Part shown: one piece after another, positions 27,338 to 40,704 of the stretch
How the letters are laid out: every line of letters begins with the position of its first letter
Position numbering within the stretch: the stretch's first letter is position 1
Assembly: GCA_964016885.1 (NCBI GenBank)
Contig: OZ024756.1
Coordinates: 36,084,001 to 36,148,000, forward strand
Source of the DNA: Eledone cirrhosa
Lineage: Eukaryota
DNA length: 64,000 bases
Direction of reading: 5' to 3'
The notes under the pieces: generated by a model
Database searches by the model: none
Seen by the model: the letters and a program-made list of their open reading frames with translations, nothing else
What the model was told of the DNA's origin: nothing
Translations under genes and position numbers: made by a program

Positions 27338-27467
27338 ACTGATTAGTCAAGATAAAAGAAATATTTAGCTAATATGTTGGGAATCTCTGAGGGTTAGGTT
27401 TGCTGTTTTCTAGTTTCCAAGCAGTTTGTTGTTGTTGTTGTTAGGTGATCCTTCTTCTTGCAACATA

Positions 27468-27503
<36 letters not shown>

Positions 27504-27629
27504 TTACACATGCGCACACAGTTACACACATGAACACACACTACCTGAGTATATATATATATGTGTGTAGTGCAGGAGAAACACCCAAACACACACTGTA
27601 TTACATACACATACAGCTTGGCTTGGCTT

Positions 27630-27975
27630 GACTTCATATGTGTAGTGTGTAAGAAACACAAACACACACACTACCAGAGTATGTGTAGTGTGTAAGAGAC
27701 ACAAACACACACACTACCGGAGTATGTGTAGTGTGTAAGAGACACAAACACACACACACTACCGGAGTATGTGTAGTGTGTAAGAGACACAAACACACAC
27801 ACTACCGGAGTATGTGTAGTGTGTAAGAGACACAAACACACACACTACCGGAGTATGTGTAGTGTGTAAGAAACACAAACACACACACTACCGGAGTATG
27901 TGTAGTGTGTAAGAGACACAAACACACACACTACCGGAGTATGTGTAGTGTGTAAGAAACACCCACACACACACA
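27630..27975. repeat. ~45-bp minisatellite
   Basis: ACTACCGGAGTATGTGTAGTGTGTAAGAGACACAAACACACAC repeated about 6-7 times. Confidence 0.9.
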
Positions 27976-28304
27976 AACACACACACACAAATACTCACTC
28001 ACTATACACATTACCTGAGTATTATGTGTGTACTGAGAGTGTACCGTGTATATGAGAGGCACACTTCATCCTTCTCTATTTAGTTCACCAGTGATGTAGA
28101 TATTTTCACCTGCCTGTAGCAACTTGATGATGAAGCTGGGCTCTTCTCCTTCTCCCTCCCTCCCTTTACACACATACCCCCCCCCCTCTCTCCGAGGGTT
28201 GAGGGTGGGACTGAGATCTTAATCAGCCATCAGTGATAGCCAAATGTAGCAGTGAAGGATCTAACCTGGCTAATAATAAGGAGGCTGCCTTGTAAATCAT
28301 CGAC

Positions 28305-28930
28305 TGGCATGGCTGAGCTGGGTGGATGGGTGGCTGAGCTGGGTGGATGGATGGCTGCCTGAGCTGGGTGGATGGATGGATGGATGGCTGCCTGAGCTGG
28401 GTGATGGATGGATGGATGGCTGAGTTGGGTGGCTGCCTGAGCTGGGTGATGGATGGATGGATGGCTGAGTTGGGTGGCTGCCTGAGCTGGGTGGATGGAT
28501 GGATGGCTGAGCTGGGTGGATGGATGGCTGAGCTGGGTGGATGGATGGATGGATGGCTGAGCTGGGTGATGGATGGATGGCTGAGCTGGGTGGATAGATG
28601 GATGGCTGAGCTGGGTGGTTGGATGGTTGAGCTGGCAGGTTGGTTGAGCTGGCAGGTTGGCTGGCTGAGATGGGTGGATGGTTGAGCTGGCTGGTTGGAT
28701 GGCTGAGATGGGTGGATGGTTGTGCTGGATAGATGGATGGTTGGTTGGATGGATAGATGGTTGGGCTGGATGGATAGATGGTTGGGCTGGATGGTTGAGC
28801 TAGGTGGGTGGATGGTTGGGTTACCTTGTAAAACAGGCTGGCATGGCTGAGCTACAAGGATGGTTGAGCTGGGTGGATGGATGGAGGGCTGGGTTGGAGG
28901 ACATGGCTGGATAGATGGATGATTGTGTGG
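28305..28930. repeat. (GGAT)n / GGCTGAGCTGGGT compound repeat
   Basis: Repeated GGATGGATGGCTGAGCTGGGT units. Confidence 0.9.
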
Positions 28931-28994
28931 TTGGTTAGTTGGTCCACAAAGGCAGACAAACAAACAGAAAGAGGGAGGGGGGTAATGATAGTGA

Positions 28995-29028
<34 letters not shown>

Positions 29029-29090
29029 GGAGAAGTTATTAGAAGCTAAGCTAAGCTTGGTAGCACACACAAGTACTGCTATTATTACGA

Positions 29091-29137
<47 letters not shown>

Positions 29138-29699
29138 CTTACACATGAATAATGTTAGTGTTGGGATTGCTGCTGCTTTCTTTGGCTTCCCCCCTCCCCC
29201 TCCTCCTCTGGAAGGTCTGACTAACCCTCCCACCACCACCACCTTCTAATGTTCAGGAACACACAAGGCAGTCAGTTGTATGAAGAAGAGAGATTTTAAA
29301 GAAAGTTTTTTTCAACTTTTTTCAGGATGTTCAAGGGACTTACTACATACAGCAGGAAGATGGAGGGGGAGGTAAAGTAGTAGTGGTGGTGGTATTGGTA
29401 GTAGTGGTTGTAGTAGTAGTAGTAGTAGTAGTAGTAGTGTTGGTGGTGGTGGATGGTTTTTATTGCTTGGATTAATTATTTGGCTCCAAGCTTACTGTCT
29501 GTTATCTCTGGAGCTGTGTTGGTGTATATATTTACAATTTTACTGTAGGAGAAAGCACAATATACACACATAGTAGAGAGCATCTACCTCTGCTATATAC
29601 TACCTGTATCTGGTAGAAATAGCAGCCAAATCTCCCTCATAAAGGACTCTCTGGAGCAGTGTTGGGTGTGTTTACTTAAAACTTTACTGGAGGAGAGAC

Positions 29700-29761
<62 letters not shown>

Positions 29762-30074
29762 CTCATGCAGGAGAGAGCCTCCTTTTCTGCCATATATTAC
29801 CTGGATGTGCTAGAAATAGCAGCCAAATATTCCTCAAACCACACTTTAACTGGGGACTCAATGGAGCAATATTGCTGTTTATATTTACAAGATTTCTGAA
29901 GGAGACTAACACACACACACACACACACATACACACAGAGGAATGAACCTCTTTCTACCTCTACCACATATTACTACCTCTATCTGCTAAAAATAGCAGC
30001 CGAATCTCCCTCATAACGGACTATTTCGAGCAGTGTTGGTGTGTTTATTTAAAACTTTTCTGTAGGAGAGACGC

Positions 30075-30121
<47 letters not shown>

Positions 30122-32149
30122 TCAGGAGAGAGCCTTTGCTTCTGCCACATATTACCTGGATGTGCTAGAAATAGCAGTCAAATATTACTTTAACCGGCTT
30201 TGAAACAGCTAGAACTGGACCTACTGATAATGTAGGCCTTCTGAGATGATGACATAAAAAAAAATATGTGATGGTCACAGCTGGAATGCCTTCAATGATA
30301 GGGTCTGCTGGATTACAGTTGACCTGGAGCTAAACAAGGCACAACTGAAAAGTGTGAAAATGTAGACAGGTCTTGACTTGTGGTTCTGCTGCTCCCTTCT
30401 ATTTGAAAGATTTTATATCAAACTATTCTTTGGGGGAAAGAAAGTGTTTGGTAGATACTGGAATGTCTCTGGTTAAAGAAACATCCCTTGATATCACACC
30501 GGTTGATATATAATTACATATACATGGCTGTTAAATGGTGATGGTGATGATGTACCAATATCACACCGGTTGATATCATACTATTTTATATACCAATATC
30601 AAATTGGTTGATATCATATTATTACACATACCGATATCGAACTGGTTGATATCATACTATTACATATACCGATATAATATTTATATTTTTCTGATATTTT
30701 TAACAAGAATATACTGTCTTTGTGTTTTAATTATCAAAACAATCAAGAAATAACGAGAGCTTTACAGAAATAATTAACTTTGAACTCAATATTAAAAGAC
30801 CAATACTTAATTGTCTGTCATAATTAGGAGTGGTTCTGGGGAGGGGTTGGTGTTTAAAGGGTTAATAATGATGACCGTGATGATAATGATGATGATGATG
30901 CTGATGATAATATTGGCAGTGGAGCCGGCTAAATATCTTCAAAAGAACACAACTTGTGTCATTTCAAACTCAGAACCCTGTTATTCCTCTCTTGTTTTGG
31001 AATGTTCCACTCCCACATGGATTAAACCACATATGGGTTCTACCAGAACCAGCACCGACACCAAGGATTTTACCCAATGAAGGGATTTTTTTACCTTGGA
31101 AATTACTTTGGATTAATCTAATCTGGAATTTATTTGATAGTTCCCTATGAAATATTTGCAAAGTTCTTCATCTTTATGTTGCTCCCCCTCCTCCCCTCTC
31201 ACTAAACCACTATGTTGTTTTTATAACTATAAGTGTATTTATCAAAAGATAAACAATAATAACATAGACACACATACCACACTCACTCACTCACTCTCAC
31301 ACACTCAGCTCTAATACATGCATACCTTTGCACATACACACTTACGAACCTTCGTACTTGCATACGCACACATAGAATAGACACCTTTGCACATAACACC
31401 CCTTATACATACACATAACTTTCCACATGAACACTATCGTCCTCCACCCCACCTCTATGTGCACGCATAACTTTCTACACACACACACACACATACATTC
31501 ACAACCCTAGCACACACATCATTGCACATACACACCTTTACACTCACACATACGGCATTGCAAACAACACTAACACACACAGACACAGAGTTTAAGCCCC
31601 TCTATAAACTATAATAAGAAGAGAGCAATCTTGCCCATCCTATCTGTGGTGTGGATATTTAGAATAAAATCAGAATTTCAACCAAGGTGTAAATATTTCG
31701 GTATAGTCTACAATTCTTACTCACCACACCTAGACTAAAGAATTTGGTTCTCATTCCAACCATAACTTTTGATTTGGGGCTCTCATGGCTAGAGTCAGCA
31801 CATTTATCACTAATCTGGTCTAAGATTAATTCTAGTCATATTGTTACTAACAGTCTTTCCTATAATTAGTATCTTTAATGTATGACAGCTGGTCTATGAC
31901 TAACCTTAATCATATGTGCTATGACCAGTACATTTAGTGTATAACAGCTGTTTTATGACTAATCTTAATCAGATCTGCTATGGCCAGTGTATTTAGTGTA
32001 TGACAGCTGGTCTATGACTAACATTAATATGTGCTATGACCTGTGTATTTAGTGTATGACATCTGGTCTAAGACTAACTGTGGTCATAGTATTAGTACTG
32101 GTCTTTGCTATGACTAGTATATTAAATATATGACTGGTGGCTCTTTTGT

Positions 32150-32491
32150 ATGACCAGTATATGACTAGAGGTCCTTTGTATAACCAGTGTATGACTAGAG
32201 GTCCTTTGTATAACCAGTGTATGACTAGAGGTCCTTTGTATAACCAGTGTATGACTAGAGGTCCTTTGTATAACCAGTGTATGACTAGAAGTCCTTTGTA
32301 TAACCAGTGTATGACTAGAGGTCCTTTGTATGACCAGTGTATGACTAGAAGTCCTTTGTATAACCAGTGTATGACTAGAAGTCCTTTGTATAACCAGTGT
32401 ATGACTAGAAGTCATTTGTATAACCAGTGTATGACTAGAGGTCCTTTGTATAACCAGTGTATGACTAGAGGTCCTTTGTATAACCAGTGTA
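32150..32491. repeat. 30-bp minisatellite, about 11 copies, with older degenerate relatives upstream (about 31800-32150)
   Basis: ATGACTAGAGGTCCTTTGTATAACCAGTGT repeated in register in lines 32161-32490. Confidence 0.95.
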
Positions 32492-34295
32492 TTTAACAGT
32501 TGGCCCTACAGCTATAAATACACAACCAACAATACACTATATTCCTTCATATATTTTCACAGTATGAATCTGTAAAGTGATTCTCAGTTATTTATTCCTA
32601 AGTTGTTGTTGAGTAAACAGGGGGCACCTTGCACTCTCTCTAAACAGGGTAACAACTTAAGGAGAAGGAAACAACTAAGGAGAAAGTATTATAGCTACCC
32701 CCTTATCGCACACATAATCTGTGTACCCATACCACAGGCTCTTCTTTCTCCCTCTCTCTATCTCCCTCTCTACTACAAAAAAAAAACAATGTCAGTGAGG
32801 TAGTATTTGTTGTTCACTTCACCTCACACATCCAGCCCCCTCTCCACTCCACCCTGCTGTCTCTCCCTACCACCACCTCCACCACACCCTACACACACTC
32901 TCACTTGCCCCCATTGTTTACCACTTTGTATAATTATTTTTATCTTGCCTGTAACATCAGTGCAGAAACACCTTGTCTGTCCCCTTCCCTCGCCCCACCG
33001 CCTTCTTAAATTTCCGTGTCGATTTAAGGAATACTCTATACCAGTGGCTCCCCTATATATTTTATCACAGAACCCTTTATACAACTTCCCTAAAATTTCA
33101 GAACACCCCTCCCATATCTCCATTGCCGTAATTTTAATAAGACTTTAAATGAAACGAAAATTATTTTAGAAAGAGAATTTATTCATATATATAAATGACA
33201 CTAAAAATCAAATTTTTAATCAGTTTTACTTGAGAAACACTCCTGTGGGTAGAGTGTTGGACTCAGAATCATAAGGTTGTGGGTTTGATTCCTGGACCAG
33301 ACAGCACACTGTGTTCTTCAACAAGACACCACATTTCATGTTGCTTTTCTTGATAGGACTAGGGCCCCTATCATTAAAACACTCAAGAAATCTCCTATGA
33401 GATACAACCTTGTTGGAGGCTAGCTAAACTTACATAGGTGTGAGCTGTGTGTGTGTATGTCTGTATGTGGTTTAGTCCATATCATTAAAACAACCAAGAA
33501 ACCAAGAACCTCCTAAGGAGGCTAGCTAAACCTACATAGTTGTGTGTATATGTGTTTTGAGTCCTTATTATTAAACCACCCAAGAAACCTCTGAAAGAGG
33601 CCGGCTAAATCTACAAAGGTGTGAGCTGTAAATTACATTTTAATTTATTCACACAGAATATCCCTATGCAGTGAGTTGTTAATTAGAAAGAGTGAGACAT
33701 TGGCTAAATTATATTCTGGAATTAATATGTATGGTGCAGTATTCCCCCCGCCCTCTTTATAACCGACCTTCCAACCTTTCAACGAGGTTAGATACATTTT
33801 ATATAAATTAATATAACTACGCCATTTTTTTTTTTTTTTTTTTTTCTGATATAAAAACAGAACTTTCTAAATTTTTCTACATCTCAACTCTTCCGACTGC
33901 CAGGAGAAAACTCTCCTCCGCATATTTCAATATTTAACACTCACACACTCACACACACACTCACACACAATCTTCTTAAATTGAAACTGAAAGAGTATCC
34001 TTCTTTCTCTTAAAAGAACTTCAGTAAAAGTCTTATATAACAACAACAACTACTGTATATAAATAACTATTTACTTATAACTAAGAAATAATAATAAACA
34101 TTTCTAGACTTGGGTGTGTTGACACTTTGGTGAAATACAAGGGTTTTTTTTTAATCCATCAGCGCCTGGACCTTCAAGCAATATCTCTACATCTATAAAC
34201 TTCTGGCCAAGAGGTTCTGGTAAAAAGATTACACTATTTCTGGAGAAGTGGTTAATGATCTTTAATAGCTTAATTAATTGAGATAGCTTTTGCAG

Positions 34296-34340
<45 letters not shown>

Positions 34341-34688
34341 TAATTTTATTTTAGCTTCTTTTAGCTGTAGGACCCATTCCACACACACACACACACACAC
34401 ACTTCTCTTCGGCCATTTTGTTCAAGTGATATAACTACTTGACTCTCACTGATCACCACTCTGGTCATTGTGTGGTCATTTGATCAGCTGGTCATTTGGT
34501 CAGTCAGTAGATAGCAACAGAGACGACATAACTACTATGATTTCACATTTGGACAGTGCGAGTGTCTGTAGGAGTTGTGACATCTGGCAGATGTAAGACA
34601 GTGGTCATAGGGACTTGTGACACTGACATCTGGCAGATGTTTTAAGCTATTCTTGTTGTTGTTGTTGTTGTTGTTGGTCAAGAGAAGC

Positions 34689-34895
34689 ATGTCTGGAGGA
34701 GGAGGAGGAGGGCGGCCATGTGGTCGGTGTTTCAGTGAGTTTGATCTGGGTGAGGATTGGCAACAGCAATTGGATTATTATGATGATGATGATGATGATG
34801 ATTATGAGATAATAGACAATGACGATATCGATGGCATCTCAGAACTTCCAGCTGACGAGACCATTTCCGAGTTCTTTCGTGAAATGACTGTAGAG
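34689..34895 (+). CDS. ARHGAP32: Probable (alternative) first coding exon of the RhoGAP gene, acidic N-terminus
   Basis: ATG at 34689; 69 codons MSGGGGGGRPCGRCFSEFDLGEDWQQQLDYYDDDDDDDYEIIDNDDIDGISELPADETISEFFREMTVE; donor GAG|GTCAGC, phase 0, matching the exon at 37610; coding-like composition in a repeat-rich background. Confidence 0.6.
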
Positions 34896-35008
34896 GTCAG
34901 CACTAACTTAATCTTTGTCTCTCTGTCTCTCACCTCTCATACTCCTTCTTTCATTTCTTTCTATCTCTCTCAATCTATCTCTTGAGCTATTCATCTATCT
35001 ATCTCTGA

Positions 35009-35057
<49 letters not shown>

Positions 35058-35077
35058 TCTCTCTCTATATATATATC

Positions 35078-35339
35078 CCAAAAGTCAGCTCAAAAGTGAC
35101 ACAGAGGAGACTGAGGTTAGCTGGACATGCTCACCGACATCCAGAGTTGACATTGCACTCAGTGGTCCTGTGGGAGCCCCTACATGGACACACTAGAAGA
35201 GGAAGACCAAGGTCAACGTATGTTGATGCCCTAAGGACAGACACTGGTCTGTTGGAGACGCAGGAGATGGCAGCGATAATGAGGGACAGAGACCGCTGGA
35301 GAGAACTCGTCCATGGATCTCGGGAATTTTACCCGCCTT

Positions 35340-35341
<2 letters not shown>
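35078..35341 (+). mobile_element. RTE-clade LINE 3' fragment with (TA)n tail
   Basis: QRRLRLAGHAHRHPE...[29 protein letters not shown]...[11 protein letters not shown], the typical RTE C-terminal RGRP...DR..WR motif. Confidence 0.85.
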
Positions 35342-35410
<69 letters not shown>

Positions 35411-35631
35411 TAGATAGATAGATATACATATATATGTATATATATATATATGTATATATATACATACATACATACACACACACAATCTATTTATCACATC
35501 TGGAAACAATGTTGAAGATTTATTATCTAAAATATTTAATCCTTATGCTATTCATATGTGTGTGTATGTACGTGTGTGTGTATGTACGTGTGTGCATCTA
35601 TGAATATACATACATGCTGTAGGGATGGTGG

Positions 35632-35681
<50 letters not shown>

Positions 35682-35936
35682 CGTGTACTCCCCATTTGTT
35701 GTGTTGTAGGTGTGTAAATGTATGTCTGTATGTGTGTGTTTGTATGTCTGACTGAGTGTATGTGTGTATGTGTGTGTATATATATATATATATATATGTA
35801 TATCTGTCTGTATTTGTCAGTATGTAAACAGGAACTTACTAAAAATATATCACTGCTGTACAATTCCTCTCTGTTTTCCATTTTATTCTATTTCAAGGGA
35901 CAATATATGTTCTGGTGCCTACAACAAGGGCATTCA

Positions 35937-36074
<138 letters not shown>

Positions 36075-36226
36075 ATGCCCCATTAATTCTATACTGTTTA
36101 GATGTATGTGTGTACATTTGTGTGCATGTGTGTTTATGTTGGTCTTTGTACCCAAGCTTACTTGCATATACAAACCACACACATATCACATACACATTCA
36201 CATCACATATCTCACACATACACATG

Positions 36227-36300
<74 letters not shown>

Positions 36301-36756
36301 TCACATATATCACACATGCACACCACATCACATATATCACACATGCACACACACACACGCATCACATATATCACATGCACACACATCACATATATCACAC
36401 ATGCACACACACACCACATATATCACATACACACACACACATCACATACATCACATATATCACATACATGCACACACACACCACATATATCACATACACA
36501 CACACACATCACATACATCACATATATCACATACATGCACACACATTACATATATCACATACACGCACACACATTACATATATCACATGCACGCACACAT
36601 TACATATATCACACATCACACATATACACGCACATCCACATCATATATATCAGACAACACACATCACACATATTGTATGTGATGCAGTTAAATAGATTCA
36701 GATGTTTATTAGTTGTAGCTTTTTGCTGTTGTTGGGTGGGGTCTTTCTGCTCTGGT

Positions 36757-37304
36757 ATTGTGTAGGTTGTCATTGAGGGCTGGAGAGAGGCCCTGTTGTG
36801 GGGTCCTTAGTCAGCTGGGATTGTGTAGGTTGTCATTGAGGGCTGGAGAGAGGCCCTGTTGTGGGGTCCTTAGTCAGCTGGGATTGTGTAGGTTGTTGTT
36901 GAGGGCTGGAGTGAGGCTCTGTTTGTAGGGTCCTTAGTCAGCTGATATTGTGTAGGTTTTTGTTGGGGGGCTGGAGTGAGGCCCTGTTGTGGGGTCCTTA
37001 GTCAGCTGGGATTGTGTAGGTTGTTGTTGAGGGCTGGAGTGAGGCTCTGTTGTAGGGCCCTTAGTCAGCTGATATTGTGTAGGATTTTGTTGAGGGCTGG
37101 AGTGAGGCCCTGTTGTGGTGGTCCTTAGTCAGCTGGGATTGTGTAGGTTTTTGTTGAGGGCTGGAGTGAGGCCCTGTTGTGGGGTCCTTAGTCAGCTGGG
37201 ATTGTGTAGGTTGTTGTTGAGGGCTGGAGTGAGGCCCTGTTGTAGGGTCCTTAGTCAGCTGGGATTGTGTAGGTCGTTGTTGAGGGCTGGAGTGAGGCTC
37301 TGTT
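36757..37304. repeat. ~61-bp minisatellite, about 9 copies
   Basis: ATTGTGTAGGTTGTTGTTGAGGGCTGGAGTGAGGCCCTGTTGTGGGGTCCTTAGTCAGCTGGG repeated. Confidence 0.93.
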
Positions 37305-37609
37305 GATAATATTGTCGATAGATGATAAATATGTGTAAAATTCTTTCATGGATGTTGAAAGAAACATTTTTAGGGGGTGTTATAAAATATATTTTAACCA
37401 AATATTATTTATGTATTATTATTAATAAAACATAAAAATTGCAAATAATATCCAAATTTTTCTGCAGACCACCAAAATTTTCTCTCAGACCACCGGCTGC
37501 TGACCGCTGCATTAGTCTACTCCAGGATTGGAGAATCCCTTCCCCATCCACCTGTTTCTTCGAAACTAAATCCTCAGCTTGACCATGTTGTTTTGTCTTG
37601 TGTTTTCAG

Positions 37610-37842
37610 CTGCAGTTATGCGAAGAAGACCAAGAAAACTACCACCATCGCGGGAACGAGGAAGGAGAACTGCAATTTATGCTCCGGGTGATGTCGAAAG
37701 ACAAAACCTGGAACATTCGACGCAGCTATGATAACTTTTGCATGCTCGACAAAACAGCTGCACAAATGCATCTTCGACCGCCGTTTCAGCCATTTGCCCA
37801 GAATTGGTCAGTCAAACTGATGTTTCAAACATCACAGAAACG
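37610..37842 (+). CDS. ARHGAP32: RhoGAP gene exon, PX domain (contains two +1 frameshifts as assembled)
   Basis: Acceptor TTTTCAG|, donor ACG|GTAAGT. LQLCEEDQ...LQFMLRVMSKDKTWNIRRSYDNFCMLDK-QLHKCIFDRRFSHL-PELVSQTDVSNITET matches the PX-RICS pattern W.(I/V).RSY..F..LD..LH.CI.DRRFS.L after removing one A (37751-37754) and one C (37797-37799); 233 nt = 77 codons + 2. Confidence 0.9.
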
Positions 37843-37964
37843 GTAAGTACATCTTCTTCTTCCATGTTTAATCTTCTTCTTTTGCTCTCTTGTACTGTGT
37901 TTAATGTTTGGCTGCTATTTCTAGCGTTGATAGCGAACCCATAGATGTTTTTCTGTTGGCTTGT

Positions 37965-38430
37965 GTGTGATGTGATGTGATGTGTGTGTGTGTGTGTGTG
38001 TGACGTGGTGTCAATGTGATGTGATGTGATGTTGTGTGTGTGTGATGTGGTGTCAATGTGATGTGATGATGGTGTGTGTGTGACGTGGTGTCAATGTGAT
38101 GTGATGTGATGTTGTGTGTGTGTGACGTGGTGTCAATGTGATGTGATGTTGTGTGTGTGTGACGTGGTGTCAATGTGATGTGATGTGATGATGTGTGTGT
38201 GTGGACGTGGTGTCAATGTGATGTGATGTGATGTTGTGTGTGTGTGACGTGGTGTCAATGTGATGTGATGTGATGATGTGTGTGTGTGTGACGTGGTGTC
38301 AATGTGATGTGATGTGATGTTTTGTGTGTGTGTGATGTGGTGTCAATGTGATGTGATGCTGTGTGTGTGTGACGTGGTGTCAATGTGATGTGATGTGATG
38401 TTGTGTGTGTGTGATGTGGTGTCAATGTGT
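37965..38430. repeat. ~35-40 bp compound minisatellite
   Basis: GTGTGTGACGTGGTGTCAATGTGATGTGATG units. Confidence 0.9.
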
Positions 38431-38703
38431 GTGTATGTAATATGGTGTGTGCGCATGTGTGTGATGAAAGCCAAATTCTTTAAATTTAAAAATGAAAGTC
38501 GTCCTGTCTGCGGTTAAATTACAACTGAACTATTTCTCAGCGTCGTTACATCCTCGTTTAATTAATTAGAGATGGGACAACCTGATATTCTACAGCTCCC
38601 TAATTCACTGCTTAGATTGAGGTTGTCATGGTAATTGCTTCCTGTTCTTAATAAGTGCCATCAGTGGATGGTGAGTGTGTGTGTGTTGGGAGGTGGGGGT
38701 GGG

Positions 38704-38848
<145 letters not shown>

Positions 38849-40038
38849 CACACACGTACATACACACATAGTGTCTCACGCACACATACACCCCTTCACA
38901 AATACATACTCATACACACATATGCTCACTTTCTCTTTTACACACACACCTTCCTCACTCTCTCTCTCTCTCTCACACACACACATGAAATGATACTTCA
39001 GATGTGTTGCTATGGTATCCAGTAATTAAAATTAAACTAATATACTTTAATAAAACATGATTTCATTAAAAAAGAAAACTAAATTCTTCTCCCCCTCCCA
39101 TCTTCACTCTCCCCATTCTATGGTAGTGTTTGGGGGTGGGGTAGAGACAGGGGGAGGGTTTTGTGTGTCTAAGGGAGCTGTGAAGATGTATGGCCTAGTG
39201 GCTAGGTGTTGGACTAACAACCATAAGCCCATAGGTTCAGTTCCTGGACTAGGCATTGTATTGTGTTCTTCAGAAAGAAAGACACTCCATTTTAAATTAC
39301 TTTTCATGATAAGACAGGGGATCCCTCTCATTAAAGACCCCCCAAAACCTTATGAGATGCAGCCTTGTAGACCAGCTAAACCCTACATAAGTGTAACTAA
39401 CAAGATAGGGCCAGGATACCTATCATTAAAATGTCCCAAAAACCCTACATAAGTTGATGCTGTAACTACAAGATAGGATTAGTACCCCTATCATTACAAC
39501 ACCCCAAAAACCCTACATAAGTGTGAGCTGTAACCACAAGATAGGGCCAGGACCCCTGTCACTACAACACCCTAGAACCTACAGGTGTACAATGTAAATT
39601 TCATGACATTTTTTTTCTAAGGGACTTGGTGACCTTCCCACCCCCCTCTCGTCTGATTGTCGAGACACTAATGACTGGGTGGGGTGTGTCTTTGATAGAT
39701 TGACTGGGAGTTAATGGGGATGTATCCTCACTAAGGTTCTGGTAACTTCTTCCCTTCCCATCCTTCCTGTTGACTGTGTGGTGTATAGAGTTACAACTGG
39801 TCCAAGCATTACATAATTGATATTAAACAGCTATGATGTGTATATATGTATTTATGTATGAATATTTGTATGTATGTCTATCTCTGTGTACATGTGTGTA
39901 TGTATGGTCTGTGTGTATGTATATATGTACATATTTATGTATGTCTATGTATGAATGTGTACATGTGTGTATATGTTTATATGTATGTACATATATCATC
40001 ATCATCATCGTTTAACGTCTATCTTCCACGCTAGCGAG

Positions 40039-40072
<34 letters not shown>

Positions 40073-40080
<8 letters not shown>

Positions 40081-40486
40081 AGATCAAAAGATGGTTAAAG
40101 GAGTTCAATATATTTTATTATGCGCATTTCAAAAACAACATCATCAAACAATAATATTTGTGTTTTCATCAGATAAAACAGGAGAACATGATATGAAGGC
40201 TAAAAAAAACATCTTGTTGATAGTGCAGTTTTAAATCAACATATAACTGCACTATCAACAAGTGTTTTTTTTAGCCTTCATATCATGTTCTCCTGTTTTA
40301 TCTGATTGAAAACACAAATATTATTGTTTGATGATGTTTGTTTTTGAAATGCGCATAATAAAATATATTGAACTCCTTTAACCATCTTTTGATCTTATAT
40401 TATGCATACTCCAGTCCCACAACTGTAGAGTGCTTCTTATCCGATATCTGCATTGGCTTTATTGTACTACAATAAAACTCACCTCC

Positions 40487-40489
<3 letters not shown>
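40073..40489 (+). mobile_element. Fold-back hammerhead element family 1 in (TA)n
   Basis: Inverted arms 40073-40230 and 40245-40403, then TACTCCAG...CTGTAGAGTGC hairpin (40407-40433), tail and (TA)n. Confidence 0.85.
40113..40178 (-). ncRNA. Minimal type I hammerhead ribozyme (AUA cleavage, palindromic stem III ATGCGCAT)
   Basis: Minus strand: TTTTAT CTGATGA AAACACAAATATTATTGTTTGATGATGTTGTTTTT GAAA TGCGCA TA ATAAAA. The plus-strand twin at 40296-40363 has CTGATTGA (1-nt insertion in the core). Confidence 0.8.
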
Positions 40490-40557
<68 letters not shown>

Positions 40558-40704
40558 ATGTAAATATTGTTAAGAGGGTGTAAGATGTGTTGTACGAGAA
40601 GGTAGTAAAGATTTCGAAGAAAAATTGAGGAAGCCAAGTTTATAAACTATTAAAGATCATTAATTGCTCATATTTCTAATGAAATGACTGCGTATATTGC
40701 TTCT

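Noticed and set aside
29540-30195. ~420-bp tandem duplication containing (TA)n as a functional unit
   Set aside because: Diverged local duplication of non-coding repeat sequence; no ORF or structure seen.
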